A stretch of 18,075 bases of DNA from Amoeboradix gromovi X-113. Its lineage: Eukaryota; Fungi; Sanchytriomycota. A model generated the notes under the pieces. That model was not told the origin of the DNA and did no database searches. It worked only from the letters and a program-made list of their open reading frames with translations. Shown here piece by piece: positions 1 through 7,967 of the stretch; positions within the stretch are counted from its first letter, which is position 1, and every line of letters starts with the position of its first letter. The stretch is from positions 1 through 18,075 of the forward strand of contig JADGIF010000133.1 in NCBI GenBank assembly GCA_018985225.1, read 5' to 3'. The translations under genes were made by a program, and so were the position numbers.

Positions 1-336
1 TCTAGAAAAGAGTACCGTCTAAGAAAATGCACCTTTTGCTTAGATGCTCAAAGACCTCTATTTGAACGAGATGCAGGGTCTTCTAGTTTTATTTTAAAAA
101 GAGGAATACAATCAATGAAAGAAAACTGGTATAATAGAAGAAGATCTTTTATTAATGATAGCATTTCCTCCGTATGGTGCACCTTTAAAAACGAGTTAGT
201 CAAGTTTTTATATTTGGTGTCCCAAATGTATCAAAAAGGAGACCAATTGCAAAAATGTTCGGTATTTTTTAACCGGTGCACTGAACAAATATTCCAAACC
301 TTGTCCCACTTGCTTCTTGTTAAACCTAATAATTAA
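1..336 (+). CDS. C-terminal end of a Fanzor1 nuclease (family A, copy A1), 5'-truncated by the window edge
   Basis: Frame 1 from base 1 reads SRKEYRLRKCTFCLDAQRPLFERDAGSSSFILKRG. This is the second CxxC of the zinc finger (28-39) followed by an RuvC-III-like xRD motif (64-72). The 115..336 ORF is the tail of this frame. Its 3' DNA is shared with the Fanzor at 17543-18075. The ancestral stop was probably at 202-204 (AAG here, TAG in the other copy). Confidence 0.75.
   Translation, partial: SRKEYRLRKCTFCLDAQRPLFERDAGSSSFILKRGIQSMKENWYNRRRSFINDSISSVWCTFKNELVKFLYLVSQMYQKGDQLQKCSVFFNRCTEQIFQTLSHLLLVKPNN
144..233 (+). ncRNA. Candidate omegaRNA scaffold / right end of Fanzor family A (copy A1)
   Basis: 144-227 matches the reverse complement of 17468-17554 (2 substitutions, one 3-nt indel). 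Stems: TAAAAAC(186-192)/GTTTTTA(204-210); TATATTTGG(209-217)/CCAAATGTA(222-230); alternative closing stem TGATAgCATTT(156-166)/AAATGTATCA(224-233). Confidence 0.55.
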
Positions 337-819
337 ACTAATTTCCCTGCACCAAGTGCAGAAGCACTAGTTTCTTATTGGGAAATTAGAACGGTAGTTC
401 GTATAACAATAGCTGCCATAACCAATCTGAATTAGTTTTATATCAAAGTCTTTCACATTAGCATGTCTTCTTTCCTGTCTTATCAGGGTATCTCGTATGC
501 TCATTACGAGTTATACCAATACTATTTCTATAAACACTGATTAATTTTTCGGTTCAGTAATTAAATGTTCAAAAGCGTTGTTCTTCATACCTTGTCTCGA
601 TTTTAGAAATGATAACTGCGCATGCAATGCACGATGATAACACCGGTCGAGCGATCCCATAACATAACGCGCTTTCTTCATGCAGTTTTGCATCCCTGAA
701 GTTATTTGTTTTTAGCTATCCGCTTAACTCCGAATTTATTTACCTAATTTGAGTCTATTTTCTACTGCTGTGCTTGTGCAAATATTTAGCATATTCGCAA
801 GAAAACTAGAAACCATAAT

Positions 820-1108
820 AAGAATCCAACATCTTCATGTCATCAGACGCGAAAGAAAGATATCAAAAATTTTTGTGAAGAAGACTACATTGGAAACATT
901 AAGATAGAAAAGGAAATTTTTATCGGTTGAAATATTGCATCATATTCTCAAGTGCTAATCAGCCAATCTATTTCGAAAGGAATCCTGCTAGCGCATTTTT
1001 CATACTGAAAAAGGCTTTGTGACATGTTATGGGACCGACACATCTTTCTAGGAGGTCCTCCATCTTAGAGTTGTGGATATTTTCTGAAATTGGGTCCAAA
1101 ATGATAAA
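820..1108 (+). pseudogene. Degenerate Fanzor1 C-terminal relic (family A-related, copy A2)
   Basis: 921-1022 reads YRLKYCIIFSSANQPIYFERNPASAFFILKKAL*, which aligns to A1 YRLRKCTFCLDAQRPL-FERDAGSSSFILKRGI. A downstream RRSSI is in register with A1 RRSFI. An upstream NPTSSCHQTR in another frame resembles NNCSPCHSIR of copy A3. 1090-1107 (TTGGGTCCAAAATGATAA) resembles the A1 end TTGGTGTCCCAAATGTATCA. Confidence 0.6.
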
Positions 1109-1369
1109 TATAGCGGAATGTTACGAAGCATTTAGTAATCAAGGTGCGCAAGTTGTGAAGCTCTGAAAAAGCATCTTGGAGATTTAAATATTTTCAAGCG
1201 CACATTTTGAAGTAGGTAGAGGCCTTTATGCCTCATATAAATACACCTCTTCAATCCACCTCAGGGAACAAAACCCAGGTAGAACAACTTTGAATTATCT
1301 ACTGCATCTTTCTGGTTCTTAGATAATATTATAAAATTGCCAGGAAACTAAGGACTTTTAATGAGAATA

Positions 1370-1459
1370 TATGATACATGCAATCAGAAACTGTCCCCAT
1401 CACTTTATAAAAGGGATATGGACAGTTCTGAATGTTCATAATGGGTGTCCCGAAGGAGT
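1370..1459 (-). ncRNA. Candidate omegaRNA scaffold of the intact Fanzor1 (family B)
   Basis: Immediately after the stop codon the minus strand has UCC-UUCG-GGA (1457-1448, a cUUCGg tetraloop). A ~70-nt bulged hairpin follows: UAUGAACAU-UCAGAACUGUCC-..AUCCCUUU-UAU-AAAGUGAU..-GGACAGUUUCUGA-uugc-AUGUAUCAUA (1440-1370). Confidence 0.65.
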
Positions 1460-3517
1460 TTATTTCGCATCAAAGTCCAATTCTTGCCACTTAGGTTTCT
1501 CATAGGTGCTACAATAACTTATAACGACTTGTTCTATTTTTATACATGAATTCACGTCACGATCCTCTACAGAGAAACAATTTGGACATTGTCTCTGTCT
1601 TTGACCATTAACGGATACCATCTCTTTTCGCAAGTCGTGATGACAATCACAACACAACTTGGAGGTTTTAAATTCAGGTGTAACAATGACTCTAGCTCTT
1701 TTACATAATTTATATATCAACCTCTTATTTGGAACCACTGCATTCCCTTTACTATGTCCATAACTACCATCTCCCCAATAAATATTTCTCTTTTCATATT
1801 CTTGAATCCTCACTGGTTTAGATCTCCCCTTGGGTCTCTCTTTAATCCTATAGGATTGTTTAGCTCTTCTCTTGTCGTTGAAATAGAAATTAGAACATTG
1901 TTTCTTACCAGTCATCAGTTCCATATACACTAGATCATCAATCTTTCTACGCAAAGAATCTCTTCTAAATCTCCATTTCCGATATTCTAAATCACCAAAT
2001 ACATTTGATAAAACGACAAATCCATTATCAACAGCTTCTAAATAAGTATCCAAAGTTCTTGTAACACTCAATGCATCCAAATATGATTGAATTGGTCTTT
2101 TACGCAGTTGATCATACTTTCTAAATTTATTGGTCATCAAAAGATGATGATGCCTCCCTGATGACATGCAGACGATATTATCACCAGCTTTGGCGCAACA
2201 TACAAACTTGATTCCAGGATCAATACATACCATTGGTTCTTGTTTAAGTGTATCAATCGCACCACGATTCAGTTTATTCAAGAGTCTCATTCCATTCTTC
2301 TTTGGTAACGTTGAATAATTCTTAATAGCACCAAAAGTTGGTTTATCAATGGGATAATCAACCACAGGAACTAATTTCTCTTCAACATTAGATTCTTTAT
2401 TCCATTCATGTAATGGGAATCTTGTACGTTCTTTAGAATTATATTCAACTTCTCGTCTCTTCTCCAATACAAATTGAACTGTAAAGCCATCTGTCTTGAT
2501 TGTTTTCATGGTCTTTAATAATGATGGATCCATATTCATCTTCTTTGCGTCGAAATGATGGTCCCATTGCGTTGTATTTCCAAATGAAGATTGCATGGTC
2601 TTTAAATCTATAGTGAGTCTATCTACTTTGAATTGACTTGTAGGATATAAATAGAGATCAGCACATCTAGGATCCCTAAGATAGACTTGTTGACGTAACC
2701 AATTCACTTTTGATAATGCATCATGACTAGGTCTAAATTTTAATTCTAATTTGACCAAGGCTCTTGATATATTTCTAGATCTAGAATACAAATCATCCTT
2801 TATGGCTTTCGTTGGTGTGATATGATTGGATTCCCAACTCATGAATTGACGACTCACGATAGATTTCTTGATCTTCTTGATATAGAACTCAGGATCCTCA
2901 TTCAATAGTTTATGATATAGTTTACAAGCATTCATAATAGAGGTTGCAGAACTGTTAAATGTATTCAGATCAATCTTGATATCACTTAGATCAATGAGTC
3001 TTGAATTAGGATACATGGTCGCAAATCGATTCAATAATAAATGTACCTGAGATCCATACAACTTTCTTCCTCTACTCTCACATCTAATGAAATAGTATAT
3101 GAGAAATGTAATACTAGTTTGACATTGATCAGCAATTGGGTATAAATTACCAGTCTCTTGAGCATACCAATTCAAAAACAAATAGACCCAAAAAACAGAT
3201 CTTAAGATCCCACTCACTACTCTATCAATCTTAGCTTTCTTGATCTTCCCATCTTGATGAAATAAAGCTTTCTCCAAAGTCATTGAGATGGTCTGTTTCC
3301 TAGTTGGATTATTTGATAAACATGAACTCGTATCCATAGATTTAAAGATCTCAAATCGTTCTTCAATCTCTTCCTTGGTATAAAGATCTACTACCGTCTT
3401 CAATTTCTTTTTGGGACGCTCATAAAGAATAGGAACATCAAGATTCATACCATAACGTAATGGCATTCGATTATCTGTCAACTCTTTTTTGTATTTGGCC
3501 TTCAAGACACTATACAT
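1460..3517 (-). CDS. Fanzor1 (TnpB-like RNA-guided endonuclease), 685 aa, apparently intact
   Basis: Motifs: IKTDGFTV; RuvC-I VCIDPG (D433); IYWGDG (Gly at the canonical RuvC-II Glu position); alternative Glu in TPEFKTSKLC (E615); zinc finger CCDC...CPNC; RuvC-III DRDVNS (D654). The ORF is uninterrupted and intronless. Confidence 0.93.
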   Translation of the reverse strand: MYSVLKAKYKKELTDNRMPLRYGMNLDVPILYERPKKKLKTVVDLYTKEEIEERFEIFKSMDTSSCLSNNPTRKQTISMTLEKALFHQDGKIKKAKIDRVVSGILRSVFWVYLFLNWYAQETGNLYPIADQCQTSITFLIYYFIRCESRGRKLYGSQVHLLLNRFATMYPNSRLIDLSDIKIDLNTFNSSATSIMNACKLYHKLLNEDPEFYIKKIKKSIVSRQFMSWESNHITPTKAIKDDLYSRSRNISRALVKLELKFRPSHDALSKVNWLRQQVYLRDPRCADLYLYPTSQFKVDRLTIDLKTMQSSFGNTTQWDHHFDAKKMNMDPSLLKTMKTIKTDGFTVQFVLEKRREVEYNSKERTRFPLHEWNKESNVEEKLVPVVDYPIDKPTFGAIKNYSTLPKKNGMRLLNKLNRGAIDTLKQEPMVCIDPGIKFVCCAKAGDNIVCMSSGRHHHLLMTNKFRKYDQLRKRPIQSYLDALSVTRTLDTYLEAVDNGFVVLSNVFGDLEYRKWRFRRDSLRRKIDDLVYMELMTGKKQCSNFYFNDKRRAKQSYRIKERPKGRSKPVRIQEYEKRNIYWGDGSYGHSKGNAVVPNKRLIYKLCKRARVIVTPEFKTSKLCCDCHHDLRKEMVSVNGQRQRQCPNCFSVEDRDVNSCIKIEQVVISYCSTYEKPKWQELDFDAK

Positions 3518-3687
3518 ATTAACTATGCTATTTGTATATCTTTAAAAGATTATTTATTTACATCTCGTGACATGTACTCTTGTGATACAATTTGTTTCAA
3601 ACACGATGAGGGCACTTTGTCATTGGATGTCCCAAGTATTTTTGAACTAATAATTTTTTTATTTATGAATTCTAGAATATTCCTCGC

Positions 3688-3716
3688 CCAATCACCAATC
3701 AAATTTGCTATATAAA
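3688..3716 (+). promoter_or_regulatory. Putative U2 snRNA promoter: tandem CCAAT boxes and TATA box
   Basis: CCAAT at 3688-3692 and 3695-3699. TATATAAA at 3709-3716, about 30 nt upstream of the predicted U2 start. Confidence 0.5.
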
Positions 3717-3738
3717 TTTGAAAGCTCCCACTCTCCTT

Positions 3739-3928
3739 ATCCTCTCAGGCTCAATCGAGCTTTGATCAAGTTGTAGTATCTGTTCTCATTGATTGACAAT
3801 CAATGTTGTGTCCTATTAGGGCACAAGTTTTGTCATATCTATTTTTGACGACAGGGTGTATGGGTAGCTTGCTAGTTTTACACCCAAGAATTGCCTCGTT
3901 ATTGCATCTACTTACGAGTGCGGTTCAG
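3739..3928 (+). ncRNA. U2: U2 spliceosomal snRNA
   Basis: GCTTTGATCAAGTTGTAGTATCTGTTCT contains the branch-point recognition sequence GTAGTA (3773-3778). SLI is GGCTC-AATC-GAGCT. SLIIa (3787-3805) has TGACAA in its loop, complementary to TTGTCA at 3830-3835 (stem IIc). SLIIb is 3806-3826 and the Sm site ATTTTTG is 3841-3847. SLIII (3854-3885) contains TAGCTTGCTA. SLIV (3888-3926) has the loop TATTGCATCTACTT. Confidence 0.95.
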
Positions 3929-4018
3929 TCGACCTCTTTTTTTTAAATTTTAAAGTCTCTATAAAGTTTTTTCAGTGTTTTCCATAATAGAACTGGTCTT
4001 TAAAAAGTTTTATGAAAT

Positions 4019-5216
4019 TTATTTAAAATATTGTTCCAAATTCAACTTGCTTCCTAGTCTAGCAATCGCAGCAATTCTTTGTTGTTCAACAGTATCCTGT
4101 ATAGACTTACTGGCTCGTCCTAAATCATTTCCATATTTCAACCTAGCTTCTCTAAAGCAGTCCATAAAGATGTAAAAACTCGTCTCCATTCTCTCAATCA
4201 ATCTTTCAGATTTCACGGTAGATTGATTGAACAGTTTCAAGACTTCTTCAAAGTTATTACAATTATGAATCACTTTCTCCCTATACATGCTCATCAATGC
4301 TGCACAAGCGAATACGTCCATATGTTCAGTTGGTGCAGACCAAATGGCCTAGATTAGTAAAAGATACCTCCCACAATAAGAATGTGTCATGAAAACATAT
4401 TTCTCTTCTAAACCAAGTCAAGAGCCATCTGCACATGAGCATGGGATGAAAAGCGTCGATGCGCTGCAAATGGGAATATAGTATCGGATCTATAACCTCT
4501 AAAACTTCAGATACTAATTTGCGATATTCCATCAACTGGTTATTGTTGGTTACAGTCTTGTACGTGTAAAGCTTAAAGAACTGGTTTAAGCAACCATAAA
4601 TCATCCACTCCTCTTCAAATAAGTGTATAAAAGGAGAGCAAATATCAGCCATTCCTTGTAAGTAGTCGACGCTTTGAGAAAATGCCATCAACACATTTCT
4701 TAATTTAAATAAATTAGGATTTATCAAATCAGATTTTAAGTTTGTCAAAAGCACAACCTGTTCATCAACTTTGGGCTCTACGTCTTTACGTTTAAATAGC
4801 TGTTCAGACCTATCGGTGCGTATGACATCTTTCACAACTTGAATCAGCTGGTCGTCCATTAGATCCCAGGATATCTGGTTATATATGTCCTTGTATGCTG
4901 GATCAACTTGAAGTAAATAGAAATATGCATTCGGCCTGACACTATCGGGCAAACCATGAATAAAAATAGCTTGTTTTAGTTTATCCCATTTCTTGTCAAT
5001 GATATGGTGTATGGTATGGGTGGCCGGAATGTTTACTGGATGATCCTTGTATTCTAGATACTCACCCATAGTCAGCAATCTTTTTGATCTACGAGGTGGA
5101 GGAGCTAGACCGTATATTGGGGCCTGCTCAATGACTATGAAGTCATGCTCAGCGATCTCCCGCAAGCTCTCAGTAAATTTTGATAGTTCTCTCAAAAACA
5201 TATGAAACACTCCCAT
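4019..5216 (-). CDS. TBC-domain Rab GTPase-activating protein (Gyp7/TBC1D15-like), 2 exons: 5216-4368, 4348-4019
   Basis: Motifs VVKDVIRTDR, YLQGMADI and RWLLTWFRRE. Removing a 19-nt intron joins the two ORFs as LLWEAIWSAPTEHMDVFACAAL. The first ATG is at 5216. Confidence 0.9.
4349..4367 (-). other. 19-nt spliceosomal intron
   Basis: GTATCTTTTACTAATCTAG has GT...AG ends and the branch motif TACTAAT. Removal restores the frame and the TBC LWE-xx-W motif. Confidence 0.85.
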
Positions 5217-5272
5217 TTTGCTAAAAATCAATTTTTATTCAAAATCTAATTTATCCAATATTTATTGCATCG

Positions 5273-7419
5273 TTACTGAAAGAGCCTTTGTATTATTGAC
5301 TTTGAATCTTCTCTAACACTTATGAAGGCGTTAAGTTCTTTCCTATCTAACTTTATCAACTTGCTCTCTCTGATAAAAGCTTCCACATTTTCAATTCTGA
5401 CAACAAATAAGCTTCCAATGTCTCTTAGCAAATCAAATTTCTCAACAATTATCGGAGACTCAAACTTCTTTGAGAGCAAATGATATCGAGACAGGTCTCT
5501 ATATTAGCAAAGAGTTACTTTGTTAACAGCAAAGCTCCCATATCGTTTACTGTCAGTGTTTTTACGTGTTCCTTTAGTTTCTTCAAGACAAAATTACCCA
5601 ACGCCAATCGTATTTGCTCCGCATTCTTACCCTTGTACACCTTTTGTATCCATTCAAGGGCACTGTTTACGAATTTGCAGATCTCAAAGCATGTGTCAGT
5701 AGAATTTTTCGATAAATCTATTTCCATCTCATTTTGACGATATTCTAATTTATTTTGTTTATTAAGAAGAAAATCAATCCATCTCTCGCTACATCCCACT
5801 AATTCCAAACTTATATCTTGCAGAGTATTTTCGCTGCTTCCTAATAGTTCATTTTTCGCCGCCAAGGCATCCTTGTAATCGATTAAGCTGTAATGAAGCA
5901 ATGGCGCAACAATTCCTTCAAAATGGTGCTGAACAGTTTTTAGAAAGAAAATTAATGTTTCAATATTGGTCAAGCATTTGAAGTCAGGCTGCTTTGCTGC
6001 TCCAAGACCTTTTAAAGTAGTCAAAATGTCAGAGAGTTCCTTGTTCATTTCTTGAGCATAAAGCGCTTTCATTAATCCTTGATATACTTTGCAAGTCATT
6101 TTGGTCATAAGTTCTTGCCCGCTTAATAAAAACTCAATTCTCTCAAACACTTCAAGCGTAAATCTCAAAACCTTCACTTTTTCAAAAAAAGGAAACACAG
6201 CATCTGCAGCAGTCGTTATACCTGATTCTTTGAGCTGATTCATTAAGCTGCTCTTCTCGACTTTCATATGTTCTGGGAGTTGCTTTAGAATGCGCTGATA
6301 ATAGTTAATGCAAGTTTGAACCTCTCTAGCGCATAGCAGATCGATGTTCAGTTCATGTTGAATGCTCTCACAAATAAGAGTTTTAACCTTTTGCTGGTAG
6401 ATACGATTTTGAGAGCGATCAAATTTAAATTCAATTTCTAACAACTCTCTTTCAAGTGTTTGTAATTGACCATGAATTATCATCAAGGTTCTCAAATAGT
6501 GTAGTTCAGAGATGTTTTCTGCCATTCGCAGAGCTTGGTCAATTATTGAGTGTACAACTTGCAAAAACATCCGATCAAGGAATGATAACAGCACACTAAA
6601 ATAATCTGAAAAAATGTCATTAAGATTATGCCATTCTTCAGAGGTAGATTTGACCAGTGATTTAAATACCTTTCGAATGCTTCTCAGATAAGCGGTAAAC
6701 TGTACCTCTGAAATGCGTTCGACAATATCAGTGTCGAAGAATGCATTTTTTAGTTCGTCTTTGTTAATCTGAATATTATGGCTCTGCATGAAAAACTCAT
6801 GTTGGTTAATATAAGCCTGAATGCAATTTTTGGATTCGTTTAAAGGCTGAAGCATTAAACTAATTCGCCTCATTACAGACAGATCGCGAGATTCATACGC
6901 CTTTTGAAATAAGTCGAGCAGTTTGGATTCCATTGTGTCACAAGTCTTCCTTATCTTAACAATTCTTGGGTCTTCTTGAGGGAAGATATTCAACAACTTA
7001 GCAATCTCTAATCCCTTAACAATCTCGTCAATTGTCATGTCTTTAACATTGTCTACTTTGAAACCAGGGTCTAATACTGCGTCTAACAGTAGGTAAGCCT
7101 GCCTTGCCTTGTCTCTTTGGCGAACTAGTTTGCCCAAGTTCTCTTCGATATTCTGACAAGATTGAGTGATATCCTTAATAACTTTAGTGTTGGATTTTAT
7201 TTCAGACTCAATGTCTTGAAATTTCTGAAGAAGAGAGACAAGAGCAAATTGAGATTTGCTATGAGCCATCTCCGACTGCTGGTCCAATACTTGTATTTCT
7301 TTTTCTAGGTTATCCTTTTCTACAGCAATTTTAATCCGGTTATCCTTAAGAATAGCTAAAATGTCACGAATAGGCTGGTCGTCCGAAAAATCAAAACTAA
7401 ATTGAGGATCTTGTTTCAT
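5273..7419 (-). CDS. SEC10: Exocyst component Sec10 (EXOC5), 2 exons: ~7419-5519, 5498-5273
   Basis: N-terminal coiled coil, then CIQAYINQHEFF and LLNKQNKLEYR. The spliced C-terminus reads VNDMGALLLTK|DLSRY...FDLLRDIGSLFVVRIEN. The start is uncertain: the first ATG is 7419, but the frame is open further upstream. Confidence 0.85.
5499..5518 (-). other. 20-nt spliceosomal intron
   Basis: GTAACTCTTTGCTAATATAG has GT...AG ends, the branch motif TGCTAAT and an in-frame stop. Removal joins the 5515..7452 and 5273..5479 ORFs in frame. Confidence 0.85.
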
Positions 7420-7495
7420 GACCAGAAAATGTTTTTCAACTGATGGTTTCACATAACTAGAAGTTCTATGATTATAATCGATATATGAATTTACT

Positions 7496-7942
7496 TCAAT
7501 GAACTACACACATGACTTCGCCACCTGACTCTCTCTCTACCGCTTCAAATAATTCAATTACTCCCAATTTATTAGTATTTATCAACATTACTTGTCCTGG
7601 TAACATTCTACCTAGCCCCAAAGATCTTAACCTGTGTGTTACTCTCCCGCTAGTTAAAGTCATTAGTTCTTCTTTTGTTGCAAAGACTCTTCTTCCTGGT
7701 TTAGAAACCAGTTTTATACTATTCAGAACGGGCTGCAGCTGGGGAGTGTATTTCAGTTGTACCCACAGGTGCGAGTGTCCTCCGTATGGTTTTTCCGAGT
7801 TTCCATGGCATACATGTTGTATGAATCCAAAGTCGTAGAGCTTCAATGTAATTTTCTCATTTAATTTGCTGTGGTAGACAGTAGCAAACATATGGCTAGC
7901 CTTGCTGGCATTTATTAGCTTGCTAAATAGATTTTCCCTCAT
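7496..7942 (-). CDS. MRPS8: Mitochondrial ribosomal protein S8 (uS8m)
   Basis: Motifs LYDFGFI, LKY...PVLNSIKLVSKPGRRVF and INTNKLGVIELFEAVERESGGEVMC. The first ATG is at 7942. Confidence 0.88.
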   Translation of the reverse strand: MRENLFSKLINASKASHMFATVYHSKLNEKITLKLYDFGFIQHVCHGNSEKPYGGHSHLWVQLKYTPQLQPVLNSIKLVSKPGRRVFATKEELMTLTSGRVTHRLRSLGLGRMLPGQVMLINTNKLGVIELFEAVERESGGEVMCVVH

Positions 7943-7967
7943 TAACAACAAACTAAAACTTGGGGAG

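Larger units (their letters stand above)
1370..3640 (-). mobile_element. Non-autonomous Fanzor1 element (family B); left boundary uncertain (~3582-3640)
   Basis: Fanzor ORF plus a structured 3' end terminating in ATGTATCA. No transposase is present, and the U2 promoter limits the upstream extent. No clear TIR or TSD was found. Confidence 0.5.

Noticed and set aside
939-950. ATCA-TATTCTCA in A2 as a possible target of the family B guide
   Set aside because: Only 8 nt match in AT-rich DNA, which is chance level.
1256-1266. CCACCTCAGGG shared with 12792-12802
   Set aside because: 11-mer matches are expected by chance in 18 kb, and it does not extend.
3787-3926. Hairpin cluster first considered as a Fanzor left end or upstream omegaRNA
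   Set aside because: Fully explained by the U2 snRNA stem-loops.
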